Shown here piece after piece: positions 9,737 to 19,375 of a stretch of 64,000 bases of DNA. Numbering within the stretch: the first letter of the stretch is position 1; each line of letters starts with the position of its first letter. This DNA comes from Chloroflexota bacterium (GTDB taxonomy: Bacteria > Chloroflexota > Dehalococcoidia > GIF9 > UBA5629): NCBI GenBank assembly GCA_016865855.1, contig VGNX01000003.1, positions 4,147 through 68,146 on the forward strand. Reading direction: 5' to 3'. The translations under genes were made by a program, and so were the position numbers. Under the pieces are notes generated by a model. It saw only the letters and a program-made list of their open reading frames with translations. It ran no database searches and had not been told where the DNA came from.

Positions 9737-9893
9737 TGTCACCCTAAACCTCTTTACCTGTCACCTTGAACCTCCTACCTGTCACCCTGAACCTCCTACC
9801 TGTCACCCTGAACATCCTTACCTGTCACCCTGAACCTCCTACCTGTCACCCTGAACATCCTTACCTGTCACCCTGAGCGATAGCGAAGGGTCT
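9737..9893. repeat. Tandem array: six truncated 21-22-bp copies of the TGTCACCCTGA arm followed by one full family-2 element
   Basis: Unit starts at 9737, 9759, 9780, 9801, 9823, 9844 and 9866 (periods 22, 21, 21, 22, 21, 22). The last unit continues as TGTCACCCTGAGCGATAGCGAAGGGTCTC. Confidence 0.9.
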
Positions 9894-9995
9894 CGAAGCT
9901 ATATGAAATTTTTCAACAGGTTTGCTCTGAGCCAGATTCTTCGGTCGCTCCGCTCCCTCAGAATGACAGGCAGAATTGGCAAATAATGTCATCAT

Positions 9996-10406
9996 CTAAA
10001 CCATCCCAGCTAATTTAAGCAGTTTCTTGGCATCCTCGTGTATATCTTCCCAAATCCGGTCAAGCTCGTCTTTCTTTACCCATAAAGCTTCACCAACATC
10101 ACTATTTACCTTAAGTTCACCACCAACCAGCTTGACTATATAGTCGATATAGACTACATGCAGGCTGACTTCGCCCGCCGACTTCACAATCCGGTCGAAG
10201 GCTGACAAGGGTTTGACCAATTCTATCTCTAGTCCTGTCTCCTCCTTAACCTCACGCTTTATACCCTCACCAATTGTCTCCCCCAACTCCAGTTCACCAC
10301 CGGGGCAAATCCACTTTCCCTGCCAAAAACCACCTCTCTCCGGCTTATGTTTCACCAACAGTATTCTGCCCTTGTCATCCTCAATAACCGCCCCCACCGC
10401 TACCAT
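9996..10406 (-). CDS. Nudix hydrolase
   Basis: 136 aa with Nudix box GGELELGETIGEGIKREVKEETGL. Sits between nuoM and nuoN and is flanked by repeat elements. Confidence 0.85.
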   Translation of the reverse strand: MVAVGAVIEDDKGRILLVKHKPERGGFWQGKWICPGGELELGETIGEGIKREVKEETGLEIELVKPLSAFDRIVKSAGEVSLHVVYIDYIVKLVGGELKVNSDVGEALWVKKDELDRIWEDIHEDAKKLLKLAGMV

Positions 10407-10459
10407 TATTCGAGAAGCTATAGCCTACCTCCACTTCTGCAAGGATACACTCCAGGTTT

Positions 10460-10551
10460 CCCCCTCCCTCTAACTCCCTCCCGCCAGGGGAGGGAGAACG
10501 TCAACCCTCTCCCTCGACGGGAGAGGGAAGGGTGAGGGTGAATTTCAGACA
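10460..10551. repeat. Family-4 repeat (CCCTCTCCC..GGGAGAGGG..GGTGAGGGTGAA)
   Basis: Two G/C hairpins followed by GGTGAGGGTGAA. Related copies at 22131-22173, 23109-23166, 25365-25400, 45685-45730 and 47837-47880 (inverted). Confidence 0.85.
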
Positions 10552-10590
10552 AGTCTAGAGACCTGTCACCACATTGTTGCCACATTCTCG

Positions 10591-12084
10591 TCACAAACCT
10601 ACTAATTTCATTATCGGCTCAACCCCCAGCTTAATGACATCAGTGAGAATGGCTGGATAGATGCCGACGAGCATAATTGCACCGACAAAAGAAAAAATGC
10701 ATACTTTTTCGATATTGTTAGCATCAGGTACGCCACTGAACTTATCCAACGGCGGACCATAGAACACTCGCTGCAACATCCATAGAATATAGCCAGCAGT
10801 TAAGACAATCCCAAAGACACCCAGAATGGTGTACAGACGGATGCCTTCAACGGCTGCACTGGAGTAGCTCCCCACGAAGGTAATAAACTCAGCAGCAAAG
10901 CCGCTTGTGCCCGGCAAACCTAACGACGCCAAACCGGCGATGCTGAAAACAACCACAATAACAGGCATCTGCCGGGCTAGCCCGCCTAAGTTGTCGAGAT
11001 TACGCTCATGAGATTTATCGTAAACCAGTCCCACCATGGCGAAGAGAAGCCCGGTGATAATGCCATGGCTGAACATCTGCAAAGTAGCGCCAGTCAAACT
11101 TACCTGACTCAAAGCAAAGATACCAAGAAGCACATACCCCATGTGGCTGACGCTACTGTAAGCGATCAGCCGCTTCAAATCCTTCTGCCGTAAAGTGACC
11201 GCTGCACCATAGAGCACACTGACCACGGCAAAAGCCACCAATAACGGAGCATAGTGCAGGGCAACCTCAGGGAAAATGGTTACGCAAAGCCGGATCATCC
11301 CATAGCCACCCATCTTCAGCAACGCCCCGGCCAGAATCACGCTCACCGCCGTCGGAGCATCCGTATGGGCATCAGGCAACCAGGTATGCAGCGGAACCAC
11401 CGGCAACTTAATGGCAAAACCAACCAGCAACAAGAAGAACATGGCCGCCAACGGGATAAATGGTCTAGCTGCAGCCAGACCTGCCAACTCCATCATATTC
11501 AGGCTGCCAGTGGTGAAATAAATGCTTAAAATGCCAGCCAGCATCATGGCGCTGCCGACCAAGGTATATATCACGTACTTGATAGCTGAATACTCTTTTC
11601 TGCCGCTGCCCCAGATTGAAATAAGGAAATACATTGGGATAAGCTCTAATTCCCAGAAAAGGAAGAACAAAACAAGGTCTAAAGAACAAAAGACTCCCAG
11701 TATGCTCGTTTCCAAGAGCAACAACCAGATGAAATATTCTTTGGGCCTCAATTTAATATTCCATGACACCAGCACCGCCAAGACGCCAAGGAAAGTCATC
11801 AGTATCACCAGAGGCAAGCTTAGGCCATCAACACCAAGATGGTAGAAAGCATTGATTGCCGATATCCAGGGGAGCTTTTCCTCAAACTGAATTTGCCCAA
11901 TAGCACCGGCAGAACGGTCGAAAAGACAGAAGACGACCAAGGACAAGGCAAAGGAAGCCAAGGTGAAAGCCAGAGCTACAAGCTTTATCGTCCTTGGCTG
12001 TGGCTTAGGCAATAAGGCAATAATTACAAGCCCGACTACCGGGAGGAAGACTATAGTCGTTAGATAATTGAAACCCAAGTCCAT
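10591..12084 (-). CDS. nuoM: NADH-quinone oxidoreductase subunit M
   Basis: 497-aa antiporter-like subunit containing WLPDAHTDAPTAVSVILAG. Confidence 0.88.
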   Translation of the reverse strand: MDLGFNYLTTIVFLPVVGLVIIALLPKPQPRTIKLVALAFTLASFALSLVVFCLFDRSAGAIGQIQFEEKLPWISAINAFYHLGVDGLSLPLVILMTFLGVLAVLVSWNIKLRPKEYFIWLLLLETSILGVFCSLDLVLFFLFWELELIPMYFLISIWGSGRKEYSAIKYVIYTLVGSAMMLAGILSIYFTTGSLNMMELAGLAAARPFIPLAAMFFLLLVGFAIKLPVVPLHTWLPDAHTDAPTAVSVILAGALLKMGGYGMIRLCVTIFPEVALHYAPLLVAFAVVSVLYGAAVTLRQKDLKRLIAYSSVSHMGYVLLGIFALSQVSLTGATLQMFSHGIITGLLFAMVGLVYDKSHERNLDNLGGLARQMPVIVVVFSIAGLASLGLPGTSGFAAEFITFVGSYSSAAVEGIRLYTILGVFGIVLTAGYILWMLQRVFYGPPLDKFSGVPDANNIEKVCIFSFVGAIMLVGIYPAILTDVIKLGVEPIMKLVGL

Positions 12085-12100
12085 TTACCTCATATTCACT

Positions 12101-12157
12101 TGTCACCCTGAGCGACAGCGAAGGGCCTCCAGATTCTTCGCTTCGCTCAGAATGACA
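12101..12157. repeat. Family-2 palindromic repeat (TGTCACCCTGAGCG..GCGAAG..AGATTCTTCGC..CTCAGAATGACA)
   Basis: Nested inverted repeats. Related copies at 9866-9975, 19470-19526, 21052-21174, 25340-25495, 45745-45860 and 48018-48127. Confidence 0.9.
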
Positions 12158-12185
12158 TAGAAACCTCTAAACATTCTCCTTTATC

Positions 12186-14102
12186 TTAACCAAATAGGTA
12201 AAAACAGACTGCTATTGCTATCACACCTATTGCGATAGCTATGCCATAGGCCTGCAACTGCCCTGTCTGCGCCCGCCGCATAACTCCACTTGCCTCAGCG
12301 GTGCCGCTGGCGACACCATTCACCGCACCATCAACAACACGAGAGTCAAAGACGCTGAGCGCCGCAAAAATCCCGTCAACCAGAACCCTGACCACAATCA
12401 CTCTCTCATAAAGTTCATCAATCCAATATTTTCTATAAAATAGGCTGTAAAAAGGTTTAAAAACCCTACCCACAGCTTCAGCCGACAGCCACTTAGCACT
12501 GTACATGGCATAAGCCAGGAAAATACCTAGACCAGCCACCAGCAACGATATCAAAGGCAACGGACGTGCCAGCACACCGAAGAAACCTGCAACAAAACTA
12601 GGCACTTCAGCATTTCCACCATGACCTAGAAACTGGCCGAATGAGCCGGTAACATTGAGCCATCCAGAAACAACCGACAAAGCAGCCAGAATGACCATAG
12701 GAACAACCATTACCGCCGGTGATTCATGAAGCTTTCCGCCTCTATGCCCGCTGTGGCTTGATACAGCTCCACCTCGGTACTCGCCACCAAAAGTAAGGAA
12801 TACGGCTCGGAACATATAGAAAGCCGTCATAAATACGGTAATCATGGCTAGGTAGAATAGTATCGGATTATTGGTGAAGGAGTATGCCAGGATTTCATCT
12901 TTGCTCCAGAAGCCAGCAAGCGGCCAGATACCGGCAATACTCAATGAAGCGATAAGAAAAGTAACAAAAGTCCATGGCATTGCCTTGCGCAAGCCACCCA
13001 TCTCCCGCATGTCAAAAGTTCCCGTGCTATGGTTGACACTACCGGCACCTAGAAACAGGAGTGCTTTGAAGAAAGCATGATTGAACAAGTGAAAGATGCC
13101 GATGGCGATGCCACCAACACCCAGACCAAGCATCATATAACCTAGCTGGCTTATCGTGGAATACGCCAAGACACGCTTGATGTCAGTCATTACCAGACCC
13201 ATGCTGGCAGCAAAAATAGCTGTGAAGCCTCCGATAATTGCTACCGTAATCAAAGCCACTGGAGAATGCTCAAACAGTGGGAAAAGACGAGCCACCAAGA
13301 AGACTCCGGCAGCCACCATCGTCGCCGCATGTATGAGGGCACTGACCGGTGTCGGACCTTCCATGGCATCAGGCAACCAGACGTGTAAGGGGAACTGCGC
13401 TGATTTGCCAGCAGCCCCTGAGAAAACACCGATGGCCGCCCAAGTTAAAGTTGTCCCAGCCAGAGCGCCAGCTACAGCTAAGCCATGCAACTGCTCAATA
13501 TCGAAGGTTCCCGTATGGTAGAAAAGCAAAAGTATAGCCGCCAGAAAACCGAAGTCACCAAAGCGAGTAACTATGAAAGCCTTCTTGGCTGCATTGGCAG
13601 CAGAAGGCCGATGAAACCAAAAGCCGATGAGAAGATAAGAGCCTAAACCGACACCTTCCCAGAAGAGAAAAAGAAAAGCAAGGTTATCAGCCATAACCAG
13701 GCCCAACATGCAGGCGGTGAAAAGAGACATAAAGGCAAAATAGCGATGGTAGCCGGGGTCACCGTGCATATAACCTTGAGAATAAATTTGAATCATCAGA
13801 CTGACAAAGCTAACCACCACCAGCATTACAGCAGTCAGAGAATCAACTATTAGCCCGATATGAACATTTAGATCACCGACCACCATCCACTGTATATCAG
13901 GTATGTCCAGCTTATGGCCGGGAGCAGCCAAAACCTCAGCCAGCACCCAGAAGGAAAAGATACAGGAAATGCCGATAGCTCCAATAGTTACATAACCACT
14001 GACTTTGGGGCGATTATTTAAGAAAGGCCGGAGAATAAAGGAAATAACGATAAGTGAGAAGAAGGGTAACAGAAAGATTAGCCACGGAACTTGATGCGGC
14101 AT
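12186..14102 (-). CDS. nuoL: NADH-quinone oxidoreductase subunit L
   Basis: 638 aa with WLPDAMEGPTPVSALIHAATMV and a long C-terminal extension typical of NuoL. Confidence 0.9.
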   Translation of the reverse strand: MPHQVPWLIFLLPFFSLIVISFILRPFLNNRPKVSGYVTIGAIGISCIFSFWVLAEVLAAPGHKLDIPDIQWMVVGDLNVHIGLIVDSLTAVMLVVVSFVSLMIQIYSQGYMHGDPGYHRYFAFMSLFTACMLGLVMADNLAFLFLFWEGVGLGSYLLIGFWFHRPSAANAAKKAFIVTRFGDFGFLAAILLLFYHTGTFDIEQLHGLAVAGALAGTTLTWAAIGVFSGAAGKSAQFPLHVWLPDAMEGPTPVSALIHAATMVAAGVFLVARLFPLFEHSPVALITVAIIGGFTAIFAASMGLVMTDIKRVLAYSTISQLGYMMLGLGVGGIAIGIFHLFNHAFFKALLFLGAGSVNHSTGTFDMREMGGLRKAMPWTFVTFLIASLSIAGIWPLAGFWSKDEILAYSFTNNPILFYLAMITVFMTAFYMFRAVFLTFGGEYRGGAVSSHSGHRGGKLHESPAVMVVPMVILAALSVVSGWLNVTGSFGQFLGHGGNAEVPSFVAGFFGVLARPLPLISLLVAGLGIFLAYAMYSAKWLSAEAVGRVFKPFYSLFYRKYWIDELYERVIVVRVLVDGIFAALSVFDSRVVDGAVNGVASGTAEASGVMRRAQTGQLQAYGIAIAIGVIAIAVCFYLFG

Positions 14103-14299
14103 TAGAGTCTCCTCAAGACCTCCTCGACAACATGTTCCTTCTCCTGGGACACAAGGATACGGTAGCTAGCCAATTCGCCGCTGCCTGGCTTTTTCTCTCG
14201 GTCAGGCAGAATCCGCGTCGGTATTCCCTCACCCTCAAAGAATTCCTTCCACATCTCAGCTATTATCAAATTAGGTGCGCTCTTAACCTGAACCCACAT
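14102..14299 (-). CDS. Small protein inside the nuo operon, DUF2007-like (function unknown)
   Basis: 65-aa ORF whose stop overlaps the nuoL ATG by 1 nt, which suggests translational coupling. Resembles the small beta-alpha-beta 'putative signal transducing' fold, but this is weak. Confidence 0.45.
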   Translation of the reverse strand: MWVQVKSAPNLIIAEMWKEFFEGEGIPTRILPDREKKPGSGELASYRILVSQEKEHVVEEVLRRL

Positions 14300-14328
14300 A
14301 TCCTAGTTCACTACCTAAGGCTGTTTAT

Positions 14329-14393
14329 TGTCATTGCGAGGAGCACAGCAACGTGGCAATCCCCAGAGATTGCTTCGCTCCGCTCGCAATGAC
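14329..14393. repeat. Family-3 palindromic repeat (TGTCATTGCGAGGAGC..GCAACGTGGCAATC..GATTGCTTCGCT..CGCTCGCAATGAC)
   Basis: Nested inverted repeats. Related copies at 2031-2059 (half element) and 23041-23194 (interrupted). Confidence 0.9.
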
Positions 14394-14414
14394 GGGCAGG
14401 AATTACTAAACGCT

Positions 14415-14726
14415 CTACCATTTCATCAAGTCGAATTTGTCAACATCAACAGATTCGCGACTGCGATAAATAGCGATTATTATAGCTATACCAACGGCAG
14501 CCTCAGCCGCAGCCACCACGATGACAAATATGGCAAATATCTGCCCGGTAAGAAACATTGGCACAACATAACGGGAAAAAGCAACCAGAGCGATATTCAC
14601 TGCATTGAGCATAATTTCAATGCACATCAAAATGACTACAGCATTACGCTTAGCCAGAACTCCGTACAACCCGATGGAGAAAAGAACCGCTGATAAGACA
14701 AGGTAATGTTCTAATCCAACGGACAT
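14415..14726 (-). CDS. nuoK: NADH-quinone oxidoreductase subunit K
   Basis: 103 aa with three TM helices and the conserved [11 protein letters not shown] segment. Confidence 0.88.
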   Translation of the reverse strand: MSVGLEHYLVLSAVLFSIGLYGVLAKRNAVVILMCIEIMLNAVNIALVAFSRYVVPMFLTGQIFAIFVIVVAAAEAAVGIAIIIAIYRSRESVDVDKFDLMKW

Positions 14727-14728
14727 TT

Positions 14729-15217
14729 CTATTTCTCCCTTATTAGCACAATGGCACCCAGTACCGCTGCCAAGAGCAACACTGCTGTAATTTCCACAGG
14801 CAATATAAAGCCGCCTTCGCCAAACAGGCTTAAACCTATAGCCGCTGTTGTCGGTTGCTGAGGTGGCTCACCGCTCGTTTCCCATTTGGTACTCATCACA
14901 GTGAAAACCAGTGTCCCTAAAAGCAGCAAGCTCACTACCAAGGCAGGAATGCGCAGCTTCCCTGATGGACTACCGTGCCAGACTTCGCGTGTAAGCATGA
15001 TGGCGACGATAATCAATATTGAGATAGCTCCCACATAAATAAGAATCTGCACAACCGCCAGGAAGTCTGCATAAAGAGTTATATAAATCACAGCTATAGT
15101 TAAGAAAAGCAGGACTAGTGAAAGAGCCGCCCGAAAGACATCACGCAAGATAACTACAGCCAATGCTGCGCCGACAGTCACGGCTGCCAATATCCAGAAG
15201 ACGATATCAAACACCAC
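14729..15217 (-). CDS. nuoJ: NADH-quinone oxidoreductase subunit J
   Basis: 162-aa membrane protein in the operon position between nuoI and nuoK. Confidence 0.8.
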   Translation of the reverse strand: MVFDIVFWILAAVTVGAALAVVILRDVFRAALSLVLLFLTIAVIYITLYADFLAVVQILIYVGAISILIIVAIMLTREVWHGSPSGKLRIPALVVSLLLLGTLVFTVMSTKWETSGEPPQQPTTAAIGLSLFGEGGFILPVEITAVLLLAAVLGAIVLIREK

Positions 15218-15752
15218 GGCCTCTCTTCTTGCTCAGTCCCAGCCAGCTCAATTTCTGCCCACCTTCCTCCTTATCCCAGTAGATGAGCAGGCTCTGCTTA
15301 GGCAGACTTGCCTCAATTCTTGGTCGAGCATAACCACTGGGCTGCCTGACATCAGATAACTGAAGCTCCTCTTTGCTCAAAACAAGTTGTTTACGTCTAT
15401 GCTGCGCCCGCTCGTAGCTAATACCCATAGCCAACGCATCAAAGGGGCAAGCCTCGACACATAAGCCACAGAACATGCAACGTCCCGTATCTACCTCAAA
15501 CTTATCAACCACGTAATTATTCTTGTCACCTACATGAGTAGCAATCTCAATATTTCCCTGAGGGCAACTCTTGGCACAGGTAGCACAGCCAGTACATTTG
15601 TCTGGATACCACACTAGCTCGTTGCCTCTTATGCGCCTTGAGACAATCAGCTTCTCCTCAGGATATTGCACAGTTATAGGGGCACGAAACAGGTGCTTGA
15701 AGGTTACCGCCATCCCCTTAGCTATGCCGATTCCATATCTCTCAAACTTCAA
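15207..15752 (-). CDS. nuoI: NADH-quinone oxidoreductase subunit I (2x[4Fe-4S])
   Basis: 181 aa with CTGCATCAKSCP and CMFCGLCVEACP. Confidence 0.9.
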   Translation of the reverse strand: MKFERYGIGIAKGMAVTFKHLFRAPITVQYPEEKLIVSRRIRGNELVWYPDKCTGCATCAKSCPQGNIEIATHVGDKNNYVVDKFEVDTGRCMFCGLCVEACPFDALAMGISYERAQHRRKQLVLSKEELQLSDVRQPSGYARPRIEASLPKQSLLIYWDKEEGGQKLSWLGLSKKRGRGV

Positions 15753-16851
15753 CTCGGCCGCCTCCTAAAGTAAACAGCTTCGACCACAACAAGACTAGCA
15801 CACCAGCAAAAACGAAGTTCACTGCCACCATTAACCATGGCGTAATTCCTGACAGCCATAGTACCTCGGCAGCAACGATAAACAGGTTGATTATCGCCAT
15901 AGGCAGTAGGCCCTTCCAGGCAAAAGCCATTAACTGGTCCACACGCAATCTGGGAAGTGTACTGCGCATCCACACGATAACGAAAAACACCGCCATGACC
16001 TTAATTACGAGCCATATAATCGGCGGCAACAACGGCCCTTGCCAGCCACTCAGGAACAGGGTAGCAATAATACACGAATAAGCTAGAGCATGGCCATATT
16101 CACCGAGATAAAACATGGCAAACTTCATTCCGGAATACTCAATGTGGTAGCCAGCGACGATTTCAGAATCAGCTTCGAGAAGGTCAAACGGGCTGCGGTT
16201 CATCTCAGCAACCGTCCCCAGGAAAAAGATAACAAAGCCCAGAGGCTGCAGTAAAAGGAAGGGGATTTTCTGTGAGGCTACAATCTGTGTCATCGACAGC
16301 GATCCAGACATCAACACCACACCTAGAATCGCTAGAACCACTGGCAACTCATAGCTCACCATCTGGGCTACTGCCCTCAGAGCTGATATCAAGGCATATT
16401 TGTTATTGGATGCCCAACCCGCCATGTATATGCCAACTGCAGATATAGAACTGATTGCCACTACATAAACCACGCCTACATTCAGATCAGTTAGGATGGC
16501 ACGTTCACCGAATGGCACTACAGCGAAAATCATCAACACCGGCACAAAGACAATAACCGGCGCCAGCCAGTGAATCACCTTATCACTCTTGGCCGGCACA
16601 ATATCCTCCTTCAACAATATCTTCACAGCGGTAGCAATCGGCTGGAAAATCCCCTCCGGCCCAAGTCGGTTGGGGCCCAGACGAACTTGAAACCGGCCCA
16701 GCAACCGCCGCTCATACCAGATAAAGACTATAACCATGGTCAAGACGAAACCGAGAACAACCACTATGCCGACTATGGCTGGCACAATGTAAGCTGCCCA
16801 ACCCGGCCAGATACTACCTAACCATAACTGAAATTGTTCCAGCAGCGTCAT
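15742..16851 (-). CDS. nuoH: NADH-quinone oxidoreductase subunit H
   Basis: 369 aa containing YERRLLGRFQVRLGPNRLGP and EMNRSPFDLLEADSEIVAGY. Confidence 0.9.
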   Translation of the reverse strand: MTLLEQFQLWLGSIWPGWAAYIVPAIVGIVVVLGFVLTMVIVFIWYERRLLGRFQVRLGPNRLGPEGIFQPIATAVKILLKEDIVPAKSDKVIHWLAPVIVFVPVLMIFAVVPFGERAILTDLNVGVVYVVAISSISAVGIYMAGWASNNKYALISALRAVAQMVSYELPVVLAILGVVLMSGSLSMTQIVASQKIPFLLLQPLGFVIFFLGTVAEMNRSPFDLLEADSEIVAGYHIEYSGMKFAMFYLGEYGHALAYSCIIATLFLSGWQGPLLPPIIWLVIKVMAVFFVIVWMRSTLPRLRVDQLMAFAWKGLLPMAIINLFIVAAEVLWLSGITPWLMVAVNFVFAGVLVLLWSKLFTLGGGRVEV

Positions 16852-17954
16852 TACCTGTCTACCTCTCCCAGACAGACATCTATGCTGCCAAATATAATTA
16901 TTAAGTCAGCCACTTTCCAGCCAACAACCATGTCTTTCAAGGCAGTCAGATTCATCAGCGCCGGTGGACGCATATGAAACCTGTAAGGGGCAATAGAATT
17001 ATCGCTCACCAGATAGAAGCCAAGCTCGCCTTTGGGTCCCTCTATATGCCCATAGACCTCGCCGACCGGCGGCCGTAACAACTGAGGTACTTTGGCACAA
17101 ATCTCGCCTTCCGGCAACTGGGCTATTGCCTGCTCTAAAATGTGCACGCTTTGCCTCATCTCCTGCATCCTTACCCAGTATCGGTCATAACAATCGCCAA
17201 CCGTGCCCACGGGTATTTCAAAGTCAAAGCGGTCATAAATAGAATACGTATCAGCTCGACGAATGTCCCATTTAACGCCACTGGCGCGAAGCACTGGCCC
17301 GCTGGCCGCAGTATTTATCGCCGTGTCTTTCGGCAAAATGCCAACTCCTTTAGTCCGTGCTAATAAAACCTCGTTCTGAGACAAAAGCTGGTCATACTCA
17401 TCGATAAATCCTGGCATCTCAGCCACAAACCTCTTCAAAGCTGGCAAGAATTCTTCAGGGATGTCATGGCTGACGCCACCAATACGCATATAGTTATAGG
17501 TAAGTCGCTGACCGCAAACCATCTCAAATAAGTCCAAGAGCTTTTCCCGCTCCCGCCACATATACAATACCGGCGTCATCATAGCTCCAAGGTCATTAAG
17601 GAAAAAACCGATAGCCATAAGGTGGCTAGCAATACGCATCGTCTCAGTCATGATAATCCTCAGGTACTCAGCCCGCTCCGGAACCTCTATCCCCACCAGC
17701 TTCTCCACCGCCAGCACATAGGCGAAATTGTTCGTCATCGAAACTAGATAATCAAGCCTATCGGTAAATGGGATATTCTGAGTGTAAGTTCGCCCTTCAG
17801 CTAATTTCTCAATCCCACGGTGGAGATACCCGATAACAGGCTCCACGTCAACAACCACCTCACCATCAAGGGTGACCCTCATACGAAAGACGCCATGAGT
17901 AGATGGATGCTGCGGACCCATATTAAGGATAAAAGGCTCAGTCCTTATCGCCAT
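16851..17954 (-). CDS. nuoD: NADH-quinone oxidoreductase subunit D
   Basis: Contains LNMGPQHPSTHGV and the C-terminal GSIDVCLGEVDR. I prefer the internal ATG at 17954, just after the nuoC stop, over the track start at 17990. Confidence 0.9.
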   Translation of the reverse strand: MAIRTEPFILNMGPQHPSTHGVFRMRVTLDGEVVVDVEPVIGYLHRGIEKLAEGRTYTQNIPFTDRLDYLVSMTNNFAYVLAVEKLVGIEVPERAEYLRIIMTETMRIASHLMAIGFFLNDLGAMMTPVLYMWREREKLLDLFEMVCGQRLTYNYMRIGGVSHDIPEEFLPALKRFVAEMPGFIDEYDQLLSQNEVLLARTKGVGILPKDTAINTAASGPVLRASGVKWDIRRADTYSIYDRFDFEIPVGTVGDCYDRYWVRMQEMRQSVHILEQAIAQLPEGEICAKVPQLLRPPVGEVYGHIEGPKGELGFYLVSDNSIAPYRFHMRPPALMNLTALKDMVVGWKVADLIIIFGSIDVCLGEVDR

Positions 17955-17955
17955 C

Positions 17956-18396
17956 TCAGAGATAATCCCTCCGCAACGGATGTCCAACAAAACCTTCCCA
18001 GAGCAACAAACGTTTCAAATTAGGATGACCTTCAAAGATTATACCCATAAGGTCATAGGCTTCTCGCTCTTGAAAATCAGCCGCCCGCCATAAGCTGACC
18101 ACTGAAGGCACTGCAGGCTTATCCCGGTCATAGCACCTGGTCTTTAAAACCACACTGTGGTTATGCTTCAGTGAAATCAAATGGTAAACAACCGCAAAAT
18201 AGTCCATGTAGTCAACAGCAACAAGATTGGTAAGATAGTCGAAATCAAGCCCCGGCGTATTCTTCAGAAATTCCGCCACCTGATAAAGAGACTTGCTCGT
18301 GACAACGACAGCTGCCTTATCAGCAGCGGCAATAGAGCCAGGAAACCTCTTAGCTATCTTCTTGGCTACTTCCTCACCATTTAAGGCTTTGGTCAC
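17956..18396 (-). CDS. nuoC: NADH-quinone oxidoreductase subunit C
   Basis: 146 aa with [18 protein letters not shown], the 30-kDa subunit signature. Confidence 0.88.
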   Translation of the reverse strand: MTKALNGEEVAKKIAKRFPGSIAAADKAAVVVTSKSLYQVAEFLKNTPGLDFDYLTNLVAVDYMDYFAVVYHLISLKHNHSVVLKTRCYDRDKPAVPSVVSLWRAADFQEREAYDLMGIIFEGHPNLKRLLLWEGFVGHPLRRDYL

Positions 18397-18983
18397 GCTT
18401 TCTTTATGCTCTCCCTGATGATTTTCTCGTGTATCTTCCTTATGCCATGAAGCAACCCCTCAGGCCGAGGCGGACAACCGGGCACATAGACGTCAACTGG
18501 GATTATGCGATTAATCCCAGGGACAACGCTGTAGGATTCTCTGAACGGCCCACCACTAATCGCGCACTGCCCCATAGCTATGACCCATTTGGGCTCCGGC
18601 ATCTGCTCATAGACTAATTTCACTGCCGGCGCCATCTTCCAAGTAAGCGTTCCGGCAACAATCATCAAGTCAGCCTGGCGCGGTGACCAGCGAAATATGT
18701 CCATGCCGAAGCGAGCAATATCAAAACGCGAAGCTGCCGCACCGATCATCTCAAAAGCACAGCAGGCCAACCCAAACATGAGCGGAAATAGTGACCGCGA
18801 CCGTGCCCAATCAAGCACATAGTCCACCGTAGTAATAAGAACGTTCCGCCTTATCTCCTCATCAAGCCACTTGTCAGGGTCAGGTATCGGCTGCTGGGAA
18901 GCTTCCATCAGCGAGTTGATCTTCAAGCCCTCAGCTATATCAATCTCTTTCAAGGGCATGACTCCGTATCCTTCTATTTCCAC
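18393..18983 (-). CDS. nuoB: NADH-quinone oxidoreductase subunit B
   Basis: 196 aa with GLACCAFEM...GQCAISGG...VPGCPP cluster-N2 ligands. Confidence 0.9.
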   Translation of the reverse strand: MEIEGYGVMPLKEIDIAEGLKINSLMEASQQPIPDPDKWLDEEIRRNVLITTVDYVLDWARSRSLFPLMFGLACCAFEMIGAAASRFDIARFGMDIFRWSPRQADLMIVAGTLTWKMAPAVKLVYEQMPEPKWVIAMGQCAISGGPFRESYSVVPGINRIIPVDVYVPGCPPRPEGLLHGIRKIHEKIIRESIKKA

Positions 18984-19375
18984 TCTAGAGCCCCTTTAAG
19001 CCAGGCATAGATATATCCCACCATAAGGATGACGAAGAAAACAGCTACCGCAATCAGCCCAAACAAGCCCAGCCCTTTAAGATTAACCGCCCAGGGATAC
19101 AGAAAAACAGTTAACACGTCGAGCGCAACGAAAAGAACAGCAAAGAAGTAATAGCGGAAGTTATATTGAACCCAGGTCTTGCCGATAGTTTCCATGCCAC
19201 ACTCATAGGTGGAAGTCTTGGCTGGATTGCTTTTCCTGGGTACGATCTTGAAAAAGCTAAGTGTCAGAGGCAGAAGCAGAGTAGTAACCGTGAACAGAAT
19301 ACCTACGATAAGGAGTATCCCGATGTAACCGAAATCTGCTAACAAGTAGTCAGGCCTCACTATCTCGTTACCCAT
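18974..19375 (-). CDS. nuoA: NADH-quinone oxidoreductase subunit A
   Basis: 133 aa with three TM helices and YECGME. First gene of the operon. Confidence 0.88.
   Translation of the reverse strand: MGNEIVRPDYLLADFGYIGILLIVGILFTVTTLLLPLTLSFFKIVPRKSNPAKTSTYECGMETIGKTWVQYNFRYYFFAVLFVALDVLTVFLYPWAVNLKGLGLFGLIAVAVFFVILMVGYIYAWLKGALEWK

Noticed and set aside
9737-9893. Possible CRISPR array, given the regular 21-22-bp repeats
   Set aside because: The units are directly abutting with no unique spacers, the period is far too short, no cas genes are present, and the unit is the arm of a dispersed palindromic repeat. It is a tandem repeat, not a CRISPR array.
12101-12157. Idea that the CCC/TT arm variants of family-2 repeats show strand-specific G-U compensation, indicating an RNA-level hairpin on the nuo transcript
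   Set aside because: The outer arms pair better on the minus strand (U-G wobbles), but the inner arms pair better on the plus strand. The evidence is contradictory, so no strand-specific RNA claim is made.
3028-19375. Numerous antisense or off-frame ORFs inside tauE, kor, crotonase and nuo genes (for example 3214-3609, 7647-8246, 8833-9126, 11254-11845, 13156-13537, 16570-16821)
   Set aside because: Each is fully embedded in a longer ORF with clear family signatures. Their translations are Arg/Ser/Pro-rich or low complexity, as expected for shadow frames.
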